A DNA stretch of 64,000 nucleotides from Limnothrix sp. BL-A-16 (lineage in GTDB: Bacteria > Cyanobacteriota > Cyanobacteriia > CACIAM-69d): assembly GCA_041937175.2 (NCBI GenBank), contig CP166615.1, positions 3,264,001 to 3,328,000 of the forward strand, in the 5' to 3' direction. The notes under the pieces are model-generated. The model searched no databases, was not told the DNA's origin, and saw nothing but the letters and a program-made list of their open reading frames with translations. The stretch's first letter is position 1. The number at the start of each line of letters is the position of its first letter. The translations under genes and the position numbers were made by a program. Of this stretch, positions 39,443-48,840 are shown in pieces.

Positions 39443-39934
39443 ATGGCCAATCGATCGAGCCAGTTTTCGCGCCTCCCTTGGGGCGATCGCCTCCGTCAAG
39501 TTGGGCGATCGGTGGGCAAAATTCTCCTTTCGATCGGGTTAATCGGCTGCTTAATCAGCGGGCTTTGGGGCAGCACCTTGATTCCCGCCTGGGCCGCCAC
39601 GGAACCGATCCCACTAGCCGCACCCTTGGAAGCCGCCCCAATTTCACCCGATGCCAGCGCCGTGCCGGCCGAAAAGGTGACCCAATTCGTGCGGGCCTAT
39701 TTGCAAGTGCTGGCCCTGTTGGAGCGGCGGGAAGGAGAGCTGCGCCAAGCGGAAACCGAACCGGAAGCCAACCGCTTGGAACAGGAAATTGAGCTGGAGG
39801 CGTTCGAGGCGATCGAGCAGGCGGGATTGAAACCCCAGGAATATGTGCAACTCCTGAGCTTGGCAAACAACGATCCCGATTTTGGAGAACGAATTGCAGC
39901 CAGACTTCAGGAATTGGAAGCCGAACCCCGTTGA
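39443..39934 (+). CDS. DUF4168-like exported protein
   Basis: TM/signal, then KVTQFVRAYLQV...AIEQAGL..EY...NNDP. Confidence 0.7.
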   Translation: MANRSSQFSRLPWGDRLRQVGRSVGKILLSIGLIGCLISGLWGSTLIPAWAATEPIPLAAPLEAAPISPDASAVPAEKVTQFVRAYLQVLALLERREGELRQAETEPEANRLEQEIELEAFEAIEQAGLKPQEYVQLLSLANNDPDFGERIAARLQELEAEPR

Positions 39935-40024
39935 AATTAGTGATCTAAGTGATCTATCTGTTGCATCAGTCTTGATGGAGTGATCAAGCCAACGACCGAT
40001 CGAGCGGGCGATTCGAGCGGGCGA

Positions 40025-40471
40025 TTAAGCCGCCGCTTCCACACAGTTCAACAGCGCAGCCAAGGACTGTTCCGCCACTGCCAAATCGTAGGGAAAGGGT
40101 GGTTTCATGGGTCGATAGTCAAGGCGATGGGCGGCTCCGTGACGCACCACAGCATTCACCACCAAACAGGGATCTTGACTGAAGTTCAAAGCACCATGGG
40201 GTACACCGGGCGGAATGGTTAAAACCACCGGCACACGATCGCTCAAAGGAATGTATTGATAGCGACGGTTTTGCAACACCACCATCACAAAATTGCCCCG
40301 CACCACCAACAATTGATCGGTCTGAAACCGATGCACAAATAAATCATCCCGCGCCATGGCCGGCACTTGCACCAACATTGTTTCGTGGCAGGATTGGGGC
40401 GTGTAAAACTCTGCCATTCCCGACTTCATGGAGTCGAGCCGCTTCACTTGGATTGTTTGAGAAAGTCCCAT
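40025..40471 (-). CDS. RmlC-like cupin (dTDP-4-dehydrorhamnose 3,5-epimerase-like)
   Basis: FVHRFQTDQLLVVRG, IPPGVPHG. Confidence 0.75.
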   Translation of the reverse strand: MGLSQTIQVKRLDSMKSGMAEFYTPQSCHETMLVQVPAMARDDLFVHRFQTDQLLVVRGNFVMVVLQNRRYQYIPLSDRVPVVLTIPPGVPHGALNFSQDPCLVVNAVVRHGAAHRLDYRPMKPPFPYDLAVAEQSLAALLNCVEAAA

Positions 40472-40960
40472 GATCTATACCTCAAGAGCATTTGAGCGAT
40501 CGATCACAATGGCGCTGGCGGTTAGTCTAACGCATTTTTTAAAAAGCCGTGGGAGCTAGTTTTTTCTGGCTAATTTTTAGTTTTTTGATCTTTTTGATAC
40601 AAAATTTCCATTAACCCAAGATTTTTCAGCAAAATTACCAAGCAAAACTTTCCAGTTAAATTCCAACACAGGCTCTGGGTCAAAGCTCAAGATTCGCTCA
40701 CCCCAAAAGGTCAGCAAAGGCATGACATAAGCCACGCAATGGTAAACATCGGGGAGCAATTGATTGCGATTGATTCTGAAGGTTTTCTGAAAAGTCTGCT
40801 GAAGATTCTGGGGTGTTTTTGGGAGCGGTCGATGGCAAACCCCAAGCCTATCTGTCAGTATTGGAAGGTTTCCAATCCGGTGCAATTGATACAGTCTCCG
40901 AGAACGGGTTATCGTACAACTTAATCGCGCCGCCGCCGTTGAGGCTGCCCCCTAAAAACC

Positions 40961-42730
40961 GTGTTTGCGAAATCTCGTCAGTCGCCCTTTCGATCACCCC
41001 GTGACACCGATCGCCCCAACGCCGAGGCCACCGACTCCCCGGCCCCGCCCGATCCCCTCCATCGCCTTTGTCGTCCCTTGGCAACCTATGCCTTGCGCGG
41101 TCTGGCGACTCATCAGGATCAGGTGCTGGCCTTGGATGCAGCTCGGGGCCATCTGCTGTTGGTGGACTTGGCAACCGACTGCACTGAAGTTCTGAATGCT
41201 TACCAGGTTGGGGATTTTTTGGATGCGATCGGGCTGGCCATTGGGCCGCCGTTGGCCGGGGCTGATGTGCCCTCGGTGTGGTTCACGCGCGATCGGGAAG
41301 TGCTTGCCTGTAGTTGGGGCCAGTGGGAACCCAAACCCATGTACACCCTGCCCGAGTGGGTGGAAGGGGTGGCGATTTATCGATCGACCCTGTATGTGTC
41401 GTCCCAACGAGCGGGCTGCATCTATGTGCTGGATTTGAACAAGGGGCGCGAAATTACCCGGTTTTATGCCCCCGGAATTGGGGTAGAGAATCTTGTGGCA
41501 CAGGGCGAAGAACTTTGGGTGTGCGATCGCCTGGAGCAAACGGTTTATTGTCTCGATCGGGCAACGGGGCTGGTGAATTTCAGCGTTCTCACCCCCTACG
41601 AATCGCCCACGGCTTTGGCTTTTGATCAGGCGGGAACCCTTTGGGTGGCCTATTCGGGCGAAGAACCCTACATCCGCGACAACCCCAACGATCCGGAACC
41701 CCTGCAAGTGGCGTTCCGCGATCGGGTAACGATCGGCTCCCTAGACTATGGGTTCTATCCCGATCGGGGCTACGCCCTTTCCAACGGCTACAGAATTGAG
41801 ATGTTCTATGTGGAAGAACTGTCCCCCTTGGAAGGGGTGGATTTCAGCCTGCTGAAGGATGTGGAATGGCGCATTTCCCTACCGTCCAACACCGATCGGC
41901 AAACGGTGCAGAGTGTGGAACCCGTGGGGATGCCCTTTGAAGTTGAAGCGTTGCCCGACGGTCAGCAGGTGGCAGTTTTCAAATTTGGCTCGATCGAGCG
42001 AGGGGAAGGGCGGCTGTTTGGCTGGAAAGCCATCATTGATGTGCGGGGCATTCGCTACCAACTCACACCGCCGGACGTGGAACGGTTGCCCTCCCTCGCG
42101 GACTGTGAATTGTCCGCAGACTACACCGAAAAATATTTGGTCGATAACGACAACCTGGCGATGGATCAGCCCTCGGTGCGGGCGGCGGCCCGCGAGGCGA
42201 TCGGCACGGAAACCAATTTGCTGCGGCAAATGTTGGCTATTCGGAACTATGTGTACGATCGCCTGGGTTATCGGATTCGCCGCAGCATTGAGCCGCCCGA
42301 TGCGGTGCTCGATCGCGGCTATGGCTGTTGCGGCGAATATGTGGGCGTGTTGCTGGCCCTGTCTCGGCTCAACGGCATCGCCACCCGCACCGTGGGCCGC
42401 TACAAGTGCCCACAACCGGCCGATCGCACCCAAGTGGCGCTCTATCCCGACTACAACCACGTTTGGCTAGAGTTCTTCATTCCCGGTTTCGGTTGGGTGC
42501 CCATGGAGTCCAACCCCGACGATATCCAAGAGGGCGGCCCCTATCCCACTCGCTATTTCATGGCCTTGCCTTGGAACCATGTGGAAATTGCCAAGGGATC
42601 GCGATTCCAAGGAATCCAGGTGGGTGGGCGACCCTTGGCGGAGTTGTCGGAGCTGAAGGTGGGCGATTTGGCGCTCAACCATGTGCGATTCCGAATTTTG
42701 GAGGAGCTGGATCCACTCGATCACCTCTAG
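40961..42730 (+). CDS. Beta-propeller plus transglutaminase-like domain protein
   Basis: Repeated beta-blade motifs N-terminally; GYGCCGEY, NHVWLEFFIPGFGWVPME catalytic Cys/His. Confidence 0.82.
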   Translation: MFAKSRQSPFRSPRDTDRPNAEATDSPAPPDPLHRLCRPLATYALRGLATHQDQVLALDAARGHLLLVDLATDCTEVLNAYQVGDFLDAIGLAIGPPLAGADVPSVWFTRDREVLACSWGQWEPKPMYTLPEWVEGVAIYRSTLYVSSQRAGCIYVLDLNKGREITRFYAPGIGVENLVAQGEELWVCDRLEQTVYCLDRATGLVNFSVLTPYESPTALAFDQAGTLWVAYSGEEPYIRDNPNDPEPLQVAFRDRVTIGSLDYGFYPDRGYALSNGYRIEMFYVEELSPLEGVDFSLLKDVEWRISLPSNTDRQTVQSVEPVGMPFEVEALPDGQQVAVFKFGSIERGEGRLFGWKAIIDVRGIRYQLTPPDVERLPSLADCELSADYTEKYLVDNDNLAMDQPSVRAAAREAIGTETNLLRQMLAIRNYVYDRLGYRIRRSIEPPDAVLDRGYGCCGEYVGVLLALSRLNGIATRTVGRYKCPQPADRTQVALYPDYNHVWLEFFIPGFGWVPMESNPDDIQEGGPYPTRYFMALPWNHVEIAKGSRFQGIQVGGRPLAELSELKVGDLALNHVRFRILEELDPLDHL

Positions 42731-42854
42731 GATTCAGGGGATCCATGCGCTTCATGTCTTGCGCCCATACTTGCAAGTGATTGGCAAGAAGCAAGCGAAC
42801 GTCATAGGATGACCTGTGGCTGACCTTGCCCTTTGCCTTGTGGATTGCCCGACC

Positions 42855-43940
42855 ATGACCGACTCTGCCGCCATTTTGGATTTGGCCATTTTGCATTTGG
42901 ACTGTGTGACCCGTCGCTATCAAACCGGGCCGGCGGCGGTTGATCGGGTAACGCTGACCCTAATGCAGGGCGAACTTTTGGCATTGTTGGGCCCCTCCGG
43001 CTGCGGCAAAACCACCCTGCTGCGACTGATTGCCGGGTTGGAAGTGCCGAACGAAGGAGCGATCGTGCTGTCGGGGCGACCCGTGGCCGGGCCGGGCGGC
43101 TGGGTTCCACCGGAGCGCCGCCAACTGGGCATGGTTTTTCAAGATTACGCCCTGTTTCCCCACCTGACCGTGGCTCAAAATGTGGGCTTTGGGCTGGATC
43201 GGTTGCGGAAACAGGCCCCCCAGCAAATGCGCGATCGGGTGGCCGAGGCGATCGCCCTGGTGGGCTTAGAAGGCCTGGAAAAACGCTATCCCCACGAACT
43301 GTCGGGCGGTCAACAGCAACGGGTGGCCCTGGCCCGATCGATCGCCCCGCAACCGTCCCTGATTTTGCTGGATGAACCGCTGAGTAATTTGGATGCCCGG
43401 GTGCGCCAACGGTTGCGCCAGGAAGTGCGGGCCATTTTGAAGCGGGCCGGAGCCGCCGCCGTTTTTGTCACCCACGATCGGGAAGAGGCCATGGCGATCG
43501 CCGATCGAGTAGCCGTGATGCGTCGGGGCCAAATTGAGCAAATCGACAGCCCTGAAGGTCTTTATTGGGAGCCGGATTCTCGGTTTGTGGCCGGGTTTGT
43601 GGCAGAAACCAACTTTTTGATCGCCACTCGATCGGCCCAAGGCTGGCAAACGGAATTGGGGCTAATTTTGCCGGAACAACTGGGCAACGATCCCCCGGGC
43701 GATCGGGTGGAGCTGGCCATTCGCCAAACGGATGTGACCCTGGAAGCCGATCCCCAAGGCCACGGCCAATTGCTGGAGCGACAATTCCTCGGGCGGGAGT
43801 ATGTTTACCTGGTGCAATTGCCCAGCGGCGAGCGGTTGCAAATTGTCACGGACTGGCGGTGCAAGCTGGAACCGGGCGATCGGGTGCATCTCAAGATCAC
43901 TAGCCCCCGATTGCGGGCCTTCCCGATCGGCCCAGACTAA
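42855..43940 (+). CDS. ABC transporter ATP-binding protein (FutC/FbpC-like, TOBE domain)
   Basis: GPSGCGKT, LSGGQQQR, LLDEP, VTHD. Confidence 0.88.
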   Translation: MTDSAAILDLAILHLDCVTRRYQTGPAAVDRVTLTLMQGELLALLGPSGCGKTTLLRLIAGLEVPNEGAIVLSGRPVAGPGGWVPPERRQLGMVFQDYALFPHLTVAQNVGFGLDRLRKQAPQQMRDRVAEAIALVGLEGLEKRYPHELSGGQQQRVALARSIAPQPSLILLDEPLSNLDARVRQRLRQEVRAILKRAGAAAVFVTHDREEAMAIADRVAVMRRGQIEQIDSPEGLYWEPDSRFVAGFVAETNFLIATRSAQGWQTELGLILPEQLGNDPPGDRVELAIRQTDVTLEADPQGHGQLLERQFLGREYVYLVQLPSGERLQIVTDWRCKLEPGDRVHLKITSPRLRAFPIGPD

Positions 43941-43961
43941 TCACGGCGATCGACCCGCTTC

Positions 43962-44103
43962 GAGCCTGTCGTCATTTCCTGGGATCAAGTGAAAATGGTT
44001 GATCTTCCATACCCTAACCACCCTAGACAAGGGGCTTAAGCCCCTTGCCTCCCACGATCTGACAAGGCGAAATCAGGGTTTCAGACGATTTGACAACAAT
44101 CCC
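43962..44103. mobile_element. 142-bp MITE, full copy B (inverted relative to A), followed by a second half copy to ~44171
   Basis: Ends GAGCCTGTCGTCA / TGACAACAATCCC, same length as copy A, central CAAGGGGCTTAAGCCCCTTG. Confidence 0.72.
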
Positions 44104-44171
44104 TAAGCCCCTTGTCCCTCACGATCCGCTAACGGTGGAATCAGGGTTTCAGACGATTGAAACGATAGGTC

Positions 44172-44894
44172 TTAGGCCGCTTGGGAGGGTTGATCGATCG
44201 GGGAGGCTTTGTGTTGGTCGATCGCGGCCTTGCATTGGTCAATCGAACCCCGATCGCGCAGTTGGGCCACCAAAGCACCATAGGCTCGCTCATTCTGTTG
44301 CAGCAGCGTCTTGGCTCGCAAAATCGACAAATTCATTTGGGCGGTGGCATTGGGGCGGTTGCCTTGGCCCTGGGTGCTGAGTTGGGCCCAAAGGCTCAGG
44401 AGCTTTTGGCGATCATCGCCGCCGCCTTCTGCGTTGCCATACACCAACTGTTCAGCAGCAATGCCCGCCATCCAAACGGTGGCGTAGTGACTGAGAATGC
44501 GGGCCGGCACTTCACCGCGATCGAGCCATTGGGCCAGCTCCTGATCGGCAAATTGCACCCCACCGGAACCGGGATAGCCCTGCTGGAACGCTTCCCAGGC
44601 ATTGAGGGCATAGCCAGAAACGGGAATTTCCAACAAGTGGGCCACCAAAAAATGGCCCGCCTCGTGGTGCAAAATCCGATCGCGGTGGGTAGTTGATCGG
44701 TTGGCAAACCAGTCCACCAGCAAGGTGCCGCCCCGACCTTGCCACCCAAAGCGATCGACCGCCGCCAATCCCAAAAAACCAGCGGTGAACAGGGCTGGCA
44801 CTTCCGCCGGGAGCGCAATCAAGGGGCCAAACAGGCTAGACAAGGTGACCACAAACACCCCGATCGCAACCAGATTGAGCGTGATGTTTCCCAT
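44172..44894 (-). CDS. M41-like Zn metalloprotease without ATPase domain
   Basis: Two N-terminal TMs; HHEAGHFLVA; MAGIAAE; GGGDD. Confidence 0.82.
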   Translation of the reverse strand: MGNITLNLVAIGVFVVTLSSLFGPLIALPAEVPALFTAGFLGLAAVDRFGWQGRGGTLLVDWFANRSTTHRDRILHHEAGHFLVAHLLEIPVSGYALNAWEAFQQGYPGSGGVQFADQELAQWLDRGEVPARILSHYATVWMAGIAAEQLVYGNAEGGGDDRQKLLSLWAQLSTQGQGNRPNATAQMNLSILRAKTLLQQNERAYGALVAQLRDRGSIDQCKAAIDQHKASPIDQPSQAA

Positions 44895-44974
44895 AGCGGC
44901 GGTGGCAAAGCGGCCAAAAACGGTATAAAGAACAGTATTTGTAGCTTAATAGTTTTTTCATAGAAACCCCTATC

Positions 44975-45730
44975 ATGAGCGGAATTCCCCAGGATTTAGC
45001 CGAGGCGATCGCCCAAGCCCGCACCGCCACCCTTGCCGCTTTGGATGAGGGACTAACGCTCATTCAGGTGGAATTGGTTTTGCCGGAGCTGAAAGTGATG
45101 CCCGTGGCGGAAAGTTTCCTCGCGGCCTTGGAACCCTGGGGCGATCGGCTCAAAATCTTCTTCCCCGACGCGGGGGCAGCCGCCTTGGCCCGACGAGATT
45201 GGGGCGATCGCCCCTTTCGGATCACCGACGTGGGATCGGGGCGCACTCCCATGACCGGCAAGGTGCAACCGGAGGATGGCATCTTTCTGTTCATTGAACC
45301 GTCGGCCGTGGAAGTGACTCAGGTGGAGCAACTGTGCCAAGCGGCGGGCGATCGACCCGTGATTTTCCTAAATCCTCGGATGGAAGACCTGGCGATCATT
45401 GGCATTGGCTACGCGGGCCGGCAACTGCGCGATCGATTCTTAAACCGAATTGTCACGGCCTATTATTTGCGCCCGATCGAAGGAGCAGCCGTGCGGCGGG
45501 CTTTCCCGGGCCAGTGGGAAGTGTGGTTGGAACCCACGGACGACGATGCTGATTATCAATTGGTGGCCACCCGTCCCCAACGGCCCGCTGGCGAGGCCCT
45601 GGATGAGATCTTGCTGCAAGCCACTGGCGGCCAGGACACCAACAGCCCCAACGCGGCCGTGAACGCGGCGGCCCAGCGCCAAGGCTTCCTGGGGCAATTG
45701 CAAAACTTCCTGAAGGCCCTCAGCAACTAG
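44975..45730 (+). CDS. DUF1995 family protein
   Basis: FFPDAGAAALARRDWG, LNPRMED, IGIGYAGRQLR. Confidence 0.85.
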   Translation: MSGIPQDLAEAIAQARTATLAALDEGLTLIQVELVLPELKVMPVAESFLAALEPWGDRLKIFFPDAGAAALARRDWGDRPFRITDVGSGRTPMTGKVQPEDGIFLFIEPSAVEVTQVEQLCQAAGDRPVIFLNPRMEDLAIIGIGYAGRQLRDRFLNRIVTAYYLRPIEGAAVRRAFPGQWEVWLEPTDDDADYQLVATRPQRPAGEALDEILLQATGGQDTNSPNAAVNAAAQRQGFLGQLQNFLKALSN

Positions 45731-45815
45731 ACCTTCCGCAGTTAGGGCTTCCGCCATTGGGTTAATCAACGGACTGAAGACAAGGGGAAGCGGGAAGCGG
45801 GTTTGAACACAAGCC

Positions 45816-46043
45816 ATCGGGTCGATCGAGTCCGGCTGCGATGGCTAATTGTTCTAACCCCAACCCACCCAGACAAGGGGTTTAAACCCCTTGCCCCTGC
45901 GATCGAACAACGGCAGCGCGATCGGCTGGATCGGGTCGATCGAGTCCGGCTGCGATGGCTAATTGTTCTAACCCCAACCCATCCAAACAAGGGGTTTAAA
46001 CCCCTTGTCCCCACGATCGAACAACGGCAGCGCGATCGGCTGG
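45816..46043. repeat. Tandem duplication, 2 x 114 bp, each unit with palindrome CAAGGGGTTTAAACCCCTTG
   Basis: Units start at 45816 and 45930, partial third at 46044; junctions fall in HIP1-like GATCG clusters. Confidence 0.88.
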
Positions 46044-46238
46044 ATCGGCTCGATCGGCTACAGTCGTCACCGTAACTTGTGACGATTCTCACGGGCGATC
46101 GTGGATCAGGTATTAAGCGGTCAAAACCCGATGGCGCTAAGCTGTAAGTCGAATTAACGGCGGTCTGCGAGGAACCCCCCCATCAGATCGCGATCGTGAA
46201 CTGGCATGTTGGGGCGATCGCACGTCAAGATAATAGGT

Positions 46239-46997
46239 ATGGATGCGACTTCAGCGACTCGAAAAATTGTCATTGGTGATGTCCACGGACAATACGATGG
46301 CTTAATGCACTTGTTGGGCTTGATTGCACCTGGCCAGGATGATCAGCTCTGCTTTGTGGGTGATTTAATCGATCGCGGCCCCAAAAGTGCCCAGGTGGTG
46401 GATTTCGTGATGCATAGCCCCTACCAATGCTTGCTGGGGAATCACGAACGCATGTTGCTGGACATTTTGCACGAGGGTCAAGTGCTGCAACAGCCGCTGC
46501 AAGCCTGGCTCTTCAGCGGCGGACAAATGACCCTGGTGAGCTACCAAGATTTTTATGGCGAGCCGGGAATTCCCCACGCGCACTTTGACTGGATGCGATC
46601 GCTCCCCCTTTACGTTGATTGGGGTGACTATTGGATCGTCCATGCGGGGGTGGATCCCACTTTGCCCTTAGATGTGCAAGGCATTCAGCAGTTTTGTTGG
46701 ATCCGTGACTCGTTCCACAGCTTCCCTCAGCCCTACTTCAACGACAAAACGATCGTGACGGGCCACACCATCACCTTCACACTCCCGGGGATTGAGCCGG
46801 GGCAATTGGCTCGGGGGCCCGGCTGGCTGGACATTGACACCGGAGCCTATCACCCCCGCAGTGGTTGGTTGACGGGCGTTGACCTCACTCAGCAAATGGT
46901 CTATCAGGTCAATATCTATCGCAGTGAAACCCGAATTCGACCCCTGGCGGAAGCGACGATTTCGATCATGCCAGAGGCCGTGGTGGGTCGATTCTAG
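46239..46997 (+). CDS. PPP-family metallophosphoesterase (Ser/Thr phosphatase)
   Basis: GDVHG, GDLIDRG, GNHE, HAG, GHT, DTGA. Confidence 0.9.
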   Translation: MDATSATRKIVIGDVHGQYDGLMHLLGLIAPGQDDQLCFVGDLIDRGPKSAQVVDFVMHSPYQCLLGNHERMLLDILHEGQVLQQPLQAWLFSGGQMTLVSYQDFYGEPGIPHAHFDWMRSLPLYVDWGDYWIVHAGVDPTLPLDVQGIQQFCWIRDSFHSFPQPYFNDKTIVTGHTITFTLPGIEPGQLARGPGWLDIDTGAYHPRSGWLTGVDLTQQMVYQVNIYRSETRIRPLAEATISIMPEAVVGRF

Positions 46998-47040
46998 GGG
47001 CGATCGCCCTTGTTCAGTGCCCTTGTTCAGTGCCTTGCCG

Positions 47041-47874
47041 CTAGCGCAGGGCTGATCGCACAAATCCTTGATATTCCGCATTGTCCAGCCCCATGCCATT
47101 GCTGCCGTTGGGGCCAATCAGTTGCAGCAATCGCGCCACCCGTTCATCGCTGTTGGGGTGGGTGCTGAGGATGGCAGGCGGCTCCCGCCGACTACGAAGT
47201 TTTTGTAAAAAGCTGGGCAACCCGATCGGGGCATATTGGGCCCGTTGCAGCAGGGTCACCCCCACCTGATCCGACTCGAACTCCGCTTGGCGACTGCGGG
47301 GCAAATTTAACGCCAACTCCACACCCAGACTGGTGGCCCGGCGGCGATCGAGACCCGTGGCGCTCAAAATTCCATCCGACAGGGCCCGGCTGCGCAGGTT
47401 TTTAACCACATGGCGCTCGGTGATGTGGCCAATTTCGTGGGCCATTACGCCAGCGAGTTCCGCTTCGTTTTCGGCCGCAACCATCAGCCCCAAATTGACA
47501 TATACAAAACCGCCCATGGTGGCAAAGGCGTTGATATCGCGGCTGTTGACCACCCGAAAGGTGTAGGGAATGTTGGGGCGGCTGCTGACGGCGGCGAGGC
47601 GCTGCCCGATCGAGTCCACCAGCCGATTGAGGGGACTGTTATTCACGAATCGCAATTGGCGGCTCAGTTCCCGATCGATCTGTCGCCCTAAATCCACTTC
47701 TTGGGCATCGGAAAGGTTCGAGAGTTGATACACTTCAAAGCCGCGTCGGAGCAGGTCTAACCAATCGACCGCTTGGACACTCGGTGGTGTGCTGAGGGTG
47801 GTGATCACGGCCGCACAAAGGGCCAGCAAACCGTAAATCCAGCGGTGCGATCGCCCGGAGGTGAGGAAAGTCAT
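47041..47874 (-). CDS. M48 family metallopeptidase, exported
   Basis: INAFATMGG, AHEIGH, SRQAEFESD, STHP. Confidence 0.9.
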   Translation of the reverse strand: MTFLTSGRSHRWIYGLLALCAAVITTLSTPPSVQAVDWLDLLRRGFEVYQLSNLSDAQEVDLGRQIDRELSRQLRFVNNSPLNRLVDSIGQRLAAVSSRPNIPYTFRVVNSRDINAFATMGGFVYVNLGLMVAAENEAELAGVMAHEIGHITERHVVKNLRSRALSDGILSATGLDRRRATSLGVELALNLPRSRQAEFESDQVGVTLLQRAQYAPIGLPSFLQKLRSRREPPAILSTHPNSDERVARLLQLIGPNGSNGMGLDNAEYQGFVRSALR

Positions 47875-48229
47875 AGCTTCAGTTCCTTTGCCGATCCCTT
47901 TTCCCATCTATCATTGACCGGGATGCCTAAAAACTGCGGGATTCGATCGGCCACTGACGCGATCGACCAATCCCTAATGAGGCTTTCCTGAATGACGGAA
48001 TTTCCCATTCTCAAGATCCAACGACGCTGTACTTTGGAGATAGCAATCAGCAGGGGTTCATTAGCGGTCGAAATTGCCCAAATTCAACCATTCCCATCGC
48101 CAACATTTCCCACCTTCAGCATTTCCAACATTCTTCAGCATTGAAAACTCCCAGGATTCAGCATTTCCAGGATTTAGTATTTCCAACACAAGGGTTAACC
48201 AACAGCTAGGCAAGGATTGAGGTATTGGC

Positions 48230-48652
48230 GTGGAAACAGCGGAGCAAGCAAATCAGCAGGTGAACCCAATCCAAATCACCTATCCTGAGAAAACGGTGCA
48301 TCGAGCCGCGCGTGCTGTCCGCTGTGCGCCGTTTGGGGTGAAGTTCTACGAGTCCATGCGCAGTCGCAGTGTGGCGATCGCGGAGTTGGTGGGTGTGGCG
48401 GCGGTGAAACAATCCATGACCCGATCGCCCTTGAGCGAATTGACCGCAGAAAACGAACTGATGTGGCTAATTCAGGTGGGGATGTTACGACGGGAGGTTG
48501 ATGGTCAAGGTTTGACCGATCGATTCCGGCTCACACCCCTGGGGTTTTTGTTGCTCGATCGGTGGCAAACGAACCCCGCCGCCTGGACTCAGGGCCGATG
48601 GGGCGATCGCCTGCGGAATAGTCTGTGGCGCTGGGGACGATGGCCCCTCTAA
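48230..48652 (+). CDS. Npun_F0494 family protein
   Basis: WLIQVGMLRREVDGQGLTDRFRLTPLG. Confidence 0.82.
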   Translation: METAEQANQQVNPIQITYPEKTVHRAARAVRCAPFGVKFYESMRSRSVAIAELVGVAAVKQSMTRSPLSELTAENELMWLIQVGMLRREVDGQGLTDRFRLTPLGFLLLDRWQTNPAAWTQGRWGDRLRNSLWRWGRWPL

Positions 48653-48840
48653 GCTTCGGCTTCTCGTGATCATTGCTCAGTTTCAGCTTCCAGTTCTGTC
48701 GCCCGGCTTCGGCCCGGATTTCGACGCGAACTTCGGCACGAATCCTTCCCCGCCGTGGTGAAGGCTCTTGCCCCTTAAAACATTTCAGTAATCGCAGTAT
48801 TGGGATAACCGATCGTTTATCGGTTCCGAAGTTGAAGTTT

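Noticed and set aside
45816..46043. Repeat with palindromes as a possible CRISPR mini-array
   Set aside because: The sequences between palindromes are near-identical, so this is a tandem duplication rather than unique spacers
45766..46092. Repetitive ORFs on both strands
   Set aside because: Products of the 114-bp duplication (a multiple of 3); no RBS or protein-like composition
48655..48840. Possible cobalamin riboswitch upstream of cobQ
   Set aside because: Conserved B12-box elements not found
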